A DNA stretch of 39,893 nucleotides from Clostridia bacterium (GTDB lineage Bacteria > Bacillota > Clostridia > TANB77 > CAG-508). The DNA lies in the NCBI GenBank assembly GCA_022794095.1, contig JAAWEC010000100.1, forward strand, positions 1-39,893. Reading direction: 5' to 3'. A model generated the notes under the pieces. The model worked only from the letters and a program-made list of their open reading frames with translations. It was not told the DNA's origin and made no database searches. The position numbers and the translations under genes are program-made. How positions within the stretch are numbered: position 1 is the stretch's first letter; every line of letters starts with the position of its first letter. Below are positions 19,101-27,867 of this stretch, one piece after another.

Positions 19101-19707
19101 CTTCTCCAAGTATTGTTAACTTTTGTCCTTCTTCCCATGATTTAACTAATCCCTCTTTTGTGTCATCTGATGGTTCATAAATAACATCATCTTCTTGTTT
19201 TGTTACTTCACCTTTTCCTGGATTGTCATTAATATCTCCCATTTTTTTATTTGGTGTTACTCTTCTTAATGTTGTTGCACCTTGGAATCCTGAACTACCT
19301 TCTGGTATGTTTCCTCCTAAATCTGGGTATTTTGTAACTATTTCTGCCTTAAAGATATTTTTTAAGAATTCTGTGTCATCTGGTAATGTATGTACTCCTG
19401 ATGTCATATCATAATTAGATTTTTCTATAATTTTCTTTAATTTTGCGTCTATTCCTTCTACAAAATCTAAATAATATCCACTTCCATCTGGTGATTTTTT
19501 AATTTCTACTAATTCGTCTAAATCTTCTACCTCCAATATTTCATTTATCATTTTTGGCTGATTTTCTGCATGTATCATTTCTCCTAACCAGTCAAACATA
19601 ACTGTTACTAAAAGTGTTGGTAAAAGTACTCCTAATATTATTGGAAAACTAATTAGTGTTGTTCCAAATCCTTTTATTATTTTTTTTATCTTTTTAATTG
19701 GATGCAT
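16195..19707 (-). CDS. three-domain peptidoglycan hydrolase (Amidase_3-like, then phage-tail-lysozyme-like glycosidase, then C-terminal CHAP/NlpC-P60-like peptidase), membrane anchored
   Basis: N-terminal TM. Amidase block: AIAAGHNNSDDTGA...LCIQIHYDAGGGSGVQAIY...GFPSVVTEGGFLD. Lysozyme block: VLGNIEAESGFNAGI...GIGLCQWSFERR. Cys/His peptidase block: YVCATYVAVVLYRAG...GYHVMIYAGG. The role is analogous to CwlT/TcpG/PrgK of Gram-positive conjugation systems. Confidence 0.75.
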   Translation of the reverse strand: MHPIKKIKKIIKGFGTTLISFPIILGVLLPTLLVTVMFDWLGEMIHAENQPKMINEILEVEDLDELVEIKKSPDGSGYYLDFVEGIDAKLKKIIEKSNYDMTSGVHTLPDDTEFLKNIFKAEIVTKYPDLGGNIPEGSSGFQGATTLRRVTPNKKMGDINDNPGKGEVTKQEDDVIYEPSDDTKEGLVKSWEEGQKLTILGEATVYEQAESKLNPDKDTGKWDKKHKVSENGNELLNEYETIEQGTSVTYTGTYKKATNPLTKEVVIYVEIEHKEEKKFVRAENVKATGTTEKKEKEDDTKVSKTRKERTITSRADDDKAEYAGKDKDEEYVIAIAAGHNNSDDTGARSPDGTLKEEELTIRTAEKVEQLLKKYKNIKVVQVGSTSANPSGITVGDRTRLAKDANPDLCIQIHYDAGGGSGVQAIYKAGDGISQQLAEFLSDGMASSMGLPNKGAGSDVERTAIGNLGIIENAATSGFPSVVTEGGFLDGEPDSTMLRGDGTDKCAQGIVNGILEYLKADHSGYTATNVDDNKTQTLIESKIMNLKYVSKEEFEELINSGNAEALKKYTIDEEGKIIIATWNSGAGGQTQIKENTSKIDLKTALKNYTMPYEYLLYLYINTNERNFSEKLAEAVMDTEIIVAIQDNVTTTQNTTTTSQKTDMENGASSGWSQKGTTTQTTENCTTKIEITYADAWCVKYAKENNTYSDEELGWQQGETEKIINIKGKVDETESTSIGENIVDSGVITDIDEKGNKIRENYTTYQQTATTTRRLNIKYEDGKGKVEENSNKFVKIYQETKAYVYVRDYYLFDILEKNERTANMVDLTKYLIWKATGIGYGVYEYKFSEYDIKGFAGALGGIYGGTIQEKVWVAVINAGYSKEAAAGVLGNIEAESGFNAGIIEGGTGIGIGLCQWSFERRTALEQYAASKGKEWTDENIQIQFLIGEMTPGGGADGFATYALTSYGGYSLNDWENASTPEDAAVAFCWIFEKPGIPRMEERTAAARKYYDMFKDRELSSFKGGGSSDDIIQTARAVLQEMIDKGNTYGPQTWGDIKKTSESDTQYVCATYVAVVLYRAGALTEDQINAYNYHFTGAGGFPDMLPAAGWVQVDPSEAQPGDVVNAYGYHVMIYAGGNGVYDEACAQQNHTIEPSGNWNYYANWPGIQVFRRP

Positions 19708-19716
19708 ATCTTAATC

Positions 19717-20646
19717 TCACCTCTCAATTTTTAAAGAATAGGTTTCGTTTTCGTCTCCTTCTTTTACGATGTCTGTAAAATTCACAGATGTTATGTTAAG
19801 GTTTTGTCGATATGCCACATTGAATTTTATTTGTATCGTTTTTGCTTCTTGTGGTTCTAAAATAAAATCGTCTTCTGCATTTTCATAAATAATGGGTTCG
19901 AATTTATTATTTTTGTCATCTGTTACATACATACTTTTAGATTTTTGTTTTGTGTCTAATATTATTGTTTGGTCAGTATTATTTTTCAAACGAATTGTAT
20001 AATTTTGATATTCCATATAATTGTCACAAACAGAAATTGTTGCTGTTATTGGTTCAATTTCTCCTTTTTTATTAATCTGTTCTCTTCCAATATATCCATT
20101 AATGTTTAGTAAATAGTTATCTTTATATGGAACTATTGTTATGTAATCTTCTATGTATTGGTCATTTTTCTTACCACTTTCTAACATGTTATCAAATATT
20201 TTTACTTTGTAAATGTAAATATCATTGCTTGATTTTGACCAAGATTGAAAAGAGTATTGTTTGTTTCCTTCGAATTTGTCTTGATAGTATAAGCTTTCAA
20301 ATTCTTTTTGTGTTGGATATAATACTTTTTTTGTGTCTGATGCTAATAGTTCATATGCTTTTTCTGGCTCATGATTTATACAGAATGTATAGAATTCATC
20401 TATTATTTCCCCAAAATCATCTTTATAAGTCTCTGACACATTTCCTTTTGAGATTATTGTTTCACTCTCATTTTGATAAGAAACAACGTTATCCGTTGTT
20501 TCTTCTTGTTCTTTTATTCTCTTTTCCTTTGTTTCTTCTGCTTGCATTTGTATAACTTTAAGAATTGCAAATGCAAATATAACTGCAAATATAATTATCC
20601 ACACTTTCATACGATTTTGTCTATAATATCGTAATAAATTATGCAT
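19717..20646 (-). CDS. hypothetical N-terminally anchored protein (possible VirB8/TcpC-type scaffold, unproven)
   Basis: 309 aa with a single TM (VWIIIFAVIFAFAILKVI), then a globular beta-rich-looking region. The position between the VirB6-like and hydrolase genes matches where VirB8/TcpC-like genes sit in Gram-positive systems. Confidence 0.55.
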   Translation of the reverse strand: MHNLLRYYRQNRMKVWIIIFAVIFAFAILKVIQMQAEETKEKRIKEQEETTDNVVSYQNESETIISKGNVSETYKDDFGEIIDEFYTFCINHEPEKAYELLASDTKKVLYPTQKEFESLYYQDKFEGNKQYSFQSWSKSSNDIYIYKVKIFDNMLESGKKNDQYIEDYITIVPYKDNYLLNINGYIGREQINKKGEIEPITATISVCDNYMEYQNYTIRLKNNTDQTIILDTKQKSKSMYVTDDKNNKFEPIIYENAEDDFILEPQEAKTIQIKFNVAYRQNLNITSVNFTDIVKEGDENETYSLKIER

Positions 20647-20665
20647 CTTTTATTTCCTTTCTATT

Positions 20666-23285
20666 TTAAGACTGTCCGTTTTGTTGTCCATCTTGTTGAT
20701 TTGGATTGTTGCGTGGTCTTCCACTTTTTCCTGTTGATTTTGGCTGTGATTGTGGTTGCTTTGAAGCTTTTCCCAATTTTCCATGTTGCTCATATATACT
20801 TTCTGCTCCAAAAATTTCTGAAATCGTGCGTTCTGCTTCTCCTTGTGCCTTATCACCACTTACTTTTCCTTGTATCATTGTTTCTACTTTTTCACGACTC
20901 TTGCTTTCTGCTATGTCTTTATATCCAATTCCATTTTGATGTGAGAATGCCGCAGCGTCTACAAATTTTTTATGATTTTTACCATTTAATTCTCCATCAC
21001 GTTTATATTCTGCTTTTAGTGTATTTGTAATTAATTTATCATCTGTAATTCCTGCTGCTTTCATATCAAATACTGCATCTTGTACATCTTTTAGTTTTCC
21101 TGAATAATTAGGAATTTCAGATGCCATACTTCTGCATTTTCTAATTTGACTTGAGTTTTTATAAAAATCTTTTCTTGCCTTTTCGATTTGTTTTTGTCTT
21201 TTCATTTCTCTTGCAGCACTATATCCATATGTTTCCTCATTTATTGCGTTTTGCATATTATTAACAGTATTTTCTGCTGATTTAGATATTCCAGTTGCCA
21301 AACTACCTATTGCTCCAGGTGCATTTTTTCCTAAAATGTTTCCAGCTACTGCTCCTGCCATCATATTTGTTACTAACTTTTCTGGTTGCCCAGTTCCAAT
21401 AGAAATAACTCCTGCTGTTACTGCTCCCATTCCTGCAAGTCCTAATTGAGTTCCTTTCTTCGCTGCAAATATAGAACCTTTTAATGCCATTTTTCCTGTA
21501 GCTTTTAGCGCTCTTCCTGCAATTCTTCTTTTAGCTCCAGGTCTTGAAACATATTTTCCATTTTGTCTATTTTTTTCTATTTCAGCCTGATGCTTAGCTC
21601 TATTTTGTCTTTCAAATTCAGCCTCTCCACCTGCATTATTTATGTCTTCTCTCGTTGCATTAAGTCTATCCTGCCTCATTCGTTTTTCAATTTCTGCTTG
21701 TTCATATTCATTAAAATTATAATCATTTTCTGGTTCATTTGAACCACCACCTAATGATCCACCACCATTTGGGTCTCCGTTATTTGTTCCTATTCCTCCT
21801 AATGATAAATCTCCATTATTATCTTCATCATCACCAATTTCTTCTGGTTTATTTCCTCCAAAAGTTGTTAATTCTCCATCTTCATCTTTTGGCATGAAAA
21901 TAGTGTCATCTGAATCGTCACTATCATTAGAACCTTTCTTTGCATTAGCTGCCTTACTTCCACCTGCTCCTATTTTACTTAATGCTTGCAAACCTGACAT
22001 TGCTAAGGCTGCACCAGCAGCAGAAGGTTTTCCTCCTTTGGCTGTTTCTGCTCTTCCACCATCCAGTATTTTAGCAAACCAATTATATGCTGGAATAACA
22101 AATCCAATTGCTACTATTGAATAAATAGGGTTATCTCCAGCTATTGCAGGAGTAATTAATGCTCTATATACAATTAAGTGAACTGGTTGCATAGCAGCAT
22201 TTTCTACGTATTCTCTTAGTACCATATTTAAAGCTTGTGCTTTTCCGGTCTCCATAACGGTCAATTGGATAAGTTACTGCAACTAGTGGTGATATCATTG
22301 TAAAAAATGCCATATATAATAACCTTTTATAATACATAAATGTAAATGTACATGTATAAACAACTAAAATACCATAAATTATAGTGTATGCTGCAACTTC
22401 TCCAACTTTTTTAGATTGTGCTCTGAAACGAACAAGTCCCATTAGGTTTGTTTTAAAAGGTGCGTCATCTCCTACTTGTACTACATATCCTTCGTTAATT
22501 TCTTTACTAAATAATCCTGTAATCTGGTCACATACCATTAGAGTTGCTGACATAATAAATTGCATGAAAAATACTAAACATAATGCAACTACCCAGTCTT
22601 TTATAGCTTCTTTATATTTTGCCTTATCTTCTGCTGTTGAACCTATTAATATTCTAATTCCTAGATAGATTAATATTGATAATAATGCTACAACTGCAAT
22701 GTTACGAAAAGACTTGTACCAATTAGCTACTGTATCTCTTATTTTTGTAGCCCCTGATTCTGAAGCTTCTGATGCTGCATCACTAAATTTATCATCTCCT
22801 CCTCCATAAACAGAAGAGTATGTATTAGGTCTTAAAAAGTTAACATCTAATGCAGCTATGTTATTAGAAAAAATGTTTTCTGGTGCATATAGCATGTTGG
22901 GAATTTCATATTTAGATGATAATCCTAAACGGCTAGTATCAATTTCATCTGCTTCAAATTTATAGTCTACTGGTTTTCCCTCTGCATAAAGCCACGATTC
23001 TGGATTTTCTAAATTGGGGTTATCATCTTTGGGTAACATTGCCGAACCAAATCCTCCAAAACCTGTATTGGCACCTAGCATAAAGTTATTTAGCATTCCC
23101 ATTATTACGTCTCCAAACCATTGTAGTAGTTTCATTACTTCTTTTGCTAATGCTCCTCCAATAATCCAGTCATCATCTTCAGCAGCATAGGATGCATATG
23201 GTACTAAACTAAAATTCACTAACAATAAAATAATACATACTACTATTATCTTTCGTACCGTAGTTTTTTTAGTGAAAAATTTCAT
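20666..23285 (-). CDS. VirB6/TrbL-like polytopic membrane protein with a long Gly/Asn/Asp-rich and coiled C-terminal extension; needs a +1 shift at CGG-A (22247..22244)
   Basis: ORFs 22164..23285 and 20666..22264 join as ...VAVTYPIDRYGD-G-KAQALNMVLREYVENAAMQPVHLIVY. Signal/TM N-terminus plus several hydrophobic helices (IAVVALLSILIYLGIRILIG, WVVALCLVFFMQFIMSATLMV, AAYTIIYGILVVYTCTF, MAFFTMISPLVAV, IVAIGFVIPAYNWFA), then a hydrophilic tail of about 450 aa. Confidence 0.65.
22244..22247 (-). other. recoding site: in-frame CGG followed by A; the +1 GGA continues the VirB6-like protein
   Basis: Minus strand: cgt tat gga gac C GGA aaa gca caa gct tta aat atg gta. The frames of both ORFs were checked by coordinate modulo 3. 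Confidence 0.75.
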
Positions 23286-23300
23286 TTTCTCCTCCTTGTT

Positions 23301-25262
23301 TTATGTCCTCTTTCTCGATTTTACTAGTTTATTTAAGTTAGTTTCTACAAACTCAAATTCTTTTGCTGTTGGTGTTATTTGTAAGATAGCTGTATCTCCT
23401 CCTACTTTTAATAACCCCTCTCCTTTTAAGCATGTTATTAAAAACCTTGATTCTCCCTCACTTAATTTGAATACTGTCTTTAAGTACTCTATTTCAGATT
23501 TATCTTGTGCTAGAAATAGCTTTGTATCTGATGATGTCAAAACTGCTTGTGCTTCTGGTTTTTCATAAAAGTCTTGAAATCTTTGTGAAACAATTGCCAA
23601 TGAAACATTTCTTTTTCTGGCACGTCTTGCCATAGTATTTAAGAAGTCTACTGCTTCTGGATATGGTAATAACATCCATGCTTCTTCTACTAAAAACATT
23701 TTCTTTATTGCTTTTTTTCTTTCTTCACTATTCTTCTTTACATATTTTTCCCAAATCCAAGAAAGAAGAATTTGCTGTGCTAGTGGTCTTGCAAACCTTT
23801 CCTCAAGTTGTGAAATGTCTAAGTTTATAAAAGGTGCTCCTTCTAATAACTCGAATGTTGATTGTCCATCAAAGTAAGCCATTTGACCATTATATTCCCT
23901 AATATATTGTTTCATAACTTTTAGTAAATAACTATAGTGGAATTGGTAGTCTTGGTTTTTGTTGTCTTGTGCTTTTCTTTCAATTCTGTGATACCATGTT
24001 CCTATTGTTGGCATTTCTTTTTTGTCTTTGTAAAGTTTATCTCCTGTACTAACTTTATCTCCTGTTTGATATAAGCTATTTGGATTGCTTGTAATTCCTA
24101 TACTTGCATATTCTTCTGCTACGGACTCAGCAATTACCTGTTTTGTTAATTCATTTACATCTGTACTTCTTGTACTTCCTCTTGCCATTGTAAGTAAAGC
24201 CTGCGTAACATCTTCTACTTTATTTTCTACATTTAAAACTGTTCTTTCACGTCCAGTAATTGCATCTTTTACAATCTCTGGTTCAATATCAAATAAGTTT
24301 ATTACTGTTGTTGATGTTGGACTTAGTACTACATTAATTCCTCCTAGACTTTCTGCAACTATTGTGTATTCTCCTTCAGCATCTAATGCTAAACTTTCTA
24401 TTCCCATTAATACAGAAGAACGTGAGATTAATGTTTTCATTGTAACAGATTTACCTGCACCAGATTTTGCAAATATAACCATATTGTAGTTTGTTAAAGA
24501 TGAATGGAAATTGTCAAATAGTATTGGTGTTCCTGTTTGTTTGTTAAATCCTAGTGGAACTCCTGTTGGGTGTCCAACTTCTGATGTAGTGAATGGAAAT
24601 ACTGTTCCCATAGAACGGCTATCAAATGAGTGCGTCTTTTTTATTTGGTCATTCATTAATGGTAAGTTTGATTGAAATGCATCTTCTTGTATTGCCCATG
24701 CACTTTTTATATTAACTAGGGATTTTGCCATTTCTGTTGATAACAGTTTTGTTAGTCTTTCTAGGTCTTCTAAATTATATGTAAATAATGTTGCTATTAC
24801 AGATGCTTCATACATTCTATTAAATCCTGCTGCTATTTGGTCTCTTAATTCTTCTGCCTCAAATCTTTTTTGACTTAATGTGCTTTCCCTGTTGATGTTT
24901 CCTTTGTCTGCTGCTACAATTCTTTCTGTTTCTAGTTCGTTTATTACTTTGTTTAGTTCATTTTGTGAACGTGATTCTGCTATTGGTGTTATATATATAG
25001 ATGTATTTATGTCTCCAAAGAAATATAGGTCTCTAAATAATTCTGGAAAGGTACACATACGTGGCAATGTAGAAATGAAGAAGCTTCTAGCATATCTTTT
25101 TACATTTGAGATAATTTCTAGATGGTCTATTTTAGAGGCATCTATTCCTGATGGTGCAATTAGTTCTTTTATTGTTTTTGTTTTTAATGTTCCTATTTCT
25201 TGCATTCTATTTTGCTGTTGTCTTCTTTCTTCCTCTAGTTGTTGTTTTTTTGCTTTCTTCAT
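23301..25262 (-). CDS. virB4: VirB4-family type IV secretion/conjugation ATPase
   Basis: 653 aa. Walker A VIFAKSGAGKSVTMK, Walker B-like KKMFLVEEAWMLL, later SLAIVSQRFQDF. AGGAGA RBS before ATG 25262, which overlaps the upstream gene by 56 nt. Alternative start at ATG 25205. Confidence 0.85.
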   Translation of the reverse strand: MKKAKKQQLEEERRQQQNRMQEIGTLKTKTIKELIAPSGIDASKIDHLEIISNVKRYARSFFISTLPRMCTFPELFRDLYFFGDINTSIYITPIAESRSQNELNKVINELETERIVAADKGNINRESTLSQKRFEAEELRDQIAAGFNRMYEASVIATLFTYNLEDLERLTKLLSTEMAKSLVNIKSAWAIQEDAFQSNLPLMNDQIKKTHSFDSRSMGTVFPFTTSEVGHPTGVPLGFNKQTGTPILFDNFHSSLTNYNMVIFAKSGAGKSVTMKTLISRSSVLMGIESLALDAEGEYTIVAESLGGINVVLSPTSTTVINLFDIEPEIVKDAITGRERTVLNVENKVEDVTQALLTMARGSTRSTDVNELTKQVIAESVAEEYASIGITSNPNSLYQTGDKVSTGDKLYKDKKEMPTIGTWYHRIERKAQDNKNQDYQFHYSYLLKVMKQYIREYNGQMAYFDGQSTFELLEGAPFINLDISQLEERFARPLAQQILLSWIWEKYVKKNSEERKKAIKKMFLVEEAWMLLPYPEAVDFLNTMARRARKRNVSLAIVSQRFQDFYEKPEAQAVLTSSDTKLFLAQDKSEIEYLKTVFKLSEGESRFLITCLKGEGLLKVGGDTAILQITPTAKEFEFVETNLNKLVKSRKRT

Positions 25263-26430
25263 TTGCCTTTTCTCCTTTCTCTTTTGATTTTTGTATTTCT
25301 TCTTTTGCTTTTTCAGCTATATCTGTTCCTAGATATTCTTTGTTTTCATCTAATATTATTGCTGCCATTTTTTCAACTAGTATTTCTAGGTTTTTTTCTT
25401 TTTCTGCTGCTATTTGTTCTGGATTTGATTTTACTTTTTCTATTGCTTGGTTTGCAAGTTCTACTGCTCGTTCTTCTACTACTTCATCTAATACTTTTAT
25501 TTTCTTTTCAAATACATCTGATGCTGTTGAGTATAAATCTTCATATCCTGCTTTTAATGCTCTATCAATTCCATATGCTTCTGATTCGTCTCTGTTGTAT
25601 GCAACATATAAAAGTTCTACTAATTCTTTTGAAGATAGTATTTTTCCACTTACTGAGCATGATGATAATGTTCTTATTATTGATTGTGATTTTGTATAAA
25701 GTTCTGAAAATGCCATTCCTTTTATTTCTTCATTGTCATATTTTTCGCTTCCTACTTCTTCTACAAAGTAAGGGATTATTATGTAATATTTTTTGTTTAG
25801 TACGTTTTTGTTTAAGCTCATTTTTTCTGTGTTGTTTACTAAGTCTTTTCCATATTCTAATAAGTTTCTTTCTTTTGTTATTTCAAAAAAGTATTTGTCC
25901 ATATCTTCTACTGAGTATGCTCCTGATTCTCTCATTTGGTTGTACTGATATTGCATTTGTCCATATTTGTCTTCTATTTGTTTTACTCTTTCTCTATATG
26001 TTGCTAAACTGTTTTCTAAACTTATTGTTCTTGTTTGTATATATATTTGTATTGGGTGACGCAAGGTATTTAGAAATTGTTGGAATCCTTCTTCTACACT
26101 TATTTTTTCCATTTTTGACATTAAATCATAGTTTACTCCTTGACATTCTACTACCATTAAATATTTTTTTCCTTTTTTTTGTACTATCATGTTATCTTCT
26201 ATTTTTTCAAAGTCCATAAAGTTCATTATTGATTGTTTGTTATATGATGTTACTGTAGATTGCGTTGTTGTACTTTTTTTATTTTTTTTATCACTTATGT
26301 TGTTGCTTTTTTCTTTTATTTTTTCTCTTGTTTTTAGTACAACAAAAATGGTAACTAATATTATAAAGATGCATATCATAACTGCTAATACTATTAATAA
26401 CATTTGTGAGATTGTATCTTCATTATTCAT
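25207..26430 (-). CDS. membrane-anchored T4SS accessory protein resembling the non-ATPase N-terminal module of VirB4-family proteins
   Basis: 407 aa with an N-terminal TM (MLLIVLAVMICIFIILVTIFVVL). The block FEKIEDNMIVQKKGKKYLMVVECQGVNYDLMSKMEKISVEEGFQQFLNTLRHPIQIYIQTR parallels the start of the adjacent VirB4 (IDHLEIISNVKRYARSFFISTLP...INTSIYITP). No P-loop. Lys/Glu-rich tail. Confidence 0.5.
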   Translation of the reverse strand: MNNEDTISQMLLIVLAVMICIFIILVTIFVVLKTREKIKEKSNNISDKKNKKSTTTQSTVTSYNKQSIMNFMDFEKIEDNMIVQKKGKKYLMVVECQGVNYDLMSKMEKISVEEGFQQFLNTLRHPIQIYIQTRTISLENSLATYRERVKQIEDKYGQMQYQYNQMRESGAYSVEDMDKYFFEITKERNLLEYGKDLVNNTEKMSLNKNVLNKKYYIIIPYFVEEVGSEKYDNEEIKGMAFSELYTKSQSIIRTLSSCSVSGKILSSKELVELLYVAYNRDESEAYGIDRALKAGYEDLYSTASDVFEKKIKVLDEVVEERAVELANQAIEKVKSNPEQIAAEKEKNLEILVEKMAAIILDENKEYLGTDIAEKAKEEIQKSKEKGEKANEESKKTTTRGRKKTTAK

Positions 26431-26791
26431 CTTTAGATTCCTCCTTGTTTTCTATTTTTTCTTCTGGTGTATATACATATATTTTCTTTTTTTGCATTTT
26501 AAATTTAATTCCTCTTTTTATTATTTCGTCTATGTTTTCTCCTCCTGTTTTTTTCGTGAATTCTGAACGGTTGGTGTCTGGTACTTTGAATGTTGCAATG
26601 CTAAAACCTATTAATCCAAATATTCCAATTAATATAACACCTACAAATGTTAGTCCTATAAGACTGAATATTAGATATAAGATAAGGCCTATTCCTATCC
26701 CAACTGCTGTATATACTAGTGCTTTGTATGAAAATATGTATAAGATTCTTCCCTCTCCTTTTACATTTCTTGGTACATTATATGTTCCCAA
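26423..26791 (-). CDS. PrgI/VirB3-like small two-TM T4SS protein
   Basis: 122 aa. VPRNVKGEGRILYIFSYKALVY followed by two adjacent TM helices, positioned directly upstream of the VirB4 genes. 8-nt overlap with the next gene. Confidence 0.6.
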   Translation of the reverse strand: MGTYNVPRNVKGEGRILYIFSYKALVYTAVGIGIGLILYLIFSLIGLTFVGVILIGIFGLIGFSIATFKVPDTNRSEFTKKTGGENIDEIIKRGIKFKMQKKKIYVYTPEEKIENKEESKDE

Positions 26792-26837
26792 ACTCCATTC
26801 CTCCTTTTTGTCTATTTTCCCTTATATATAATTATAA

Positions 26838-26871
26838 CAAAAAAACGCAAAAAAAGTAACATTTTTGCGTA
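26838..26871 (-). terminator. intrinsic (attenuator-like) terminator between the pilin genes and the T4SS machinery genes
   Basis: Minus strand: ACGCAAAAA tgttacttt TTTTTGCGT (9-bp stem, 26870-26862 / 26853-26845) followed by TTTTTTT. Confidence 0.65.
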
Positions 26872-26954
26872 AAAAAGATAATTTTAATTGTTTTGTAATA
26901 TGTTTGTAAAAAAAAAGAAACAATTCTTTAAAAAAATTGCTTCTTTTTCGTTTT

Positions 26955-27338
26955 TTATTTTGCTATCCAATCTGTTTTTGCCATTCCAAATAATACACTA
27001 CAAATTGCTCCTGCTCCAAATACAAATATTGCACCAATTGCATATGGAAGTAATGTTTTTTTGTATTCTGCTTTTTCTTCTGCACTACCCATCATATATT
27101 TTATACCTAATACAATTAAGATAATAACTGCTAATACTGATGCTCCTGTTGATACAATACCTAATATATTATTTCCAAAACCTTCAACAGCTTCTGTTGC
27201 ATCTGTTCCTGTTTTTGTACTAAATTTTCCAGGGTCTACACCTTCAACAGCTGCTAAAGATAGTGTTGAATACATCATTCCTGATATTGTAATTGCAAGC
27301 ATGGTTAGTTTTTTCCATAATTTTTTCATTGTATTCAT
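26955..27338 (-). CDS. VirB2/TrbC-like pilin paralog 3
   Basis: 127 aa. Signal peptide (...TLSLAA/VEG), then TM1, charged loop and TM2: VLAVIILIVLGIKYMMGSAEEKAEYKKTLLPYAIGAIFVFGAGAI. AAGGAGG RBS. Confidence 0.65.
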   Translation of the reverse strand: MNTMKKLWKKLTMLAITISGMMYSTLSLAAVEGVDPGKFSTKTGTDATEAVEGFGNNILGIVSTGASVLAVIILIVLGIKYMMGSAEEKAEYKKTLLPYAIGAIFVFGAGAICSVLFGMAKTDWIAK

Positions 27339-27407
27339 GCTTTTTCCTCCTTTATTTTTTCTATTTATTTCTCCTTTTAGAAGATTAATAACTTGTTTCT
27401 ATTACTT

Positions 27408-27436
27408 ATTATAACATTAAAAAACTTTTTTTGCAA
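27408..27436 (-). promoter_or_regulatory. sigma-A promoter in front of pilin paralog 3
   Basis: Minus strand: TTGCAA (27436-27431), 17-nt spacer, TGT-TATAAT (TATAAT = 27413-27408). Confidence 0.55.
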
Positions 27437-27464
27437 TAGTTTTATTTTTTTCGCTACTTTATTT

Positions 27465-27858
27465 TTAAAATGCTCCCATTGCCATTTTATATATTACATT
27501 TAGAATATTGCTTATTCCAAATACCATTATGGCTCCGAATAAAATATGGCATTAGTGTTTTTTTGTATTCTGCTTTTTCTTCTACACTTCCCATCATGTA
27601 TTTTATTCCTAATACAATTAAGCTTATAATTGCTATTAATGACCCTACTGTCTGAACTACTCCTAATATAGTTCCTACCATGTCTGTAAATGTAGAAGAC
27701 ATTGGTTGACTTTGTGCGTATTTTTCAAATTCTTGTATTCTTGTATCTTCTGCCATAACTTGTGGTTGTATTGAAAGTATACATATTATTAGACTTAAAA
27801 CTATTATTTTAATTTTTTTCTTTTTTATTTGTTTCATTTTATCACATTCTTTCCTCAA
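27465..27858 (-). CDS. VirB2/TrbC-like pilin paralog 2; needs a +1 shift at CGG-A (27537..27534)
   Basis: The track ORF ends ...KKTLMPYFIRSHNG*. With the shift it reads ...LIVLGIKYMMGSVEEKAEYKKTLMPYFI-G-AIMVFGISNILNVIYKMAMGAF, stop at 27465, collinear with paralogs 1 and 3. Start is either TTG 27858 or ATG 27837. Confidence 0.65.
27534..27537 (-). other. recoding site: in-frame CGG followed by A; the +1 GGA restores the second TM helix of pilin paralog 2
   Basis: Minus strand: cca tat ttt att C GGA gcc ata atg gta ttt gga ata agc. Paralogs have PYAIGAIFVFG and PYVAGCAVVFG at this position. Confidence 0.75.
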
Positions 27859-27867
27859 AGATTGTTT

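Noticed and set aside
20127-26566. Long plus-strand ORFs antisense to the T4SS-like genes (for example 25239..26219 at 326 aa, 25151..25699, 20127..20555, 20641..21030, 26189..26566)
   Set aside because: They are Leu/Phe/Ser-rich low-complexity translations of the T-rich antisense strand of Lys/Glu-rich genes. They have no RBS and are fully nested in well-supported minus-strand genes. The same applies to similar antisense ORFs across 31-38 kb.
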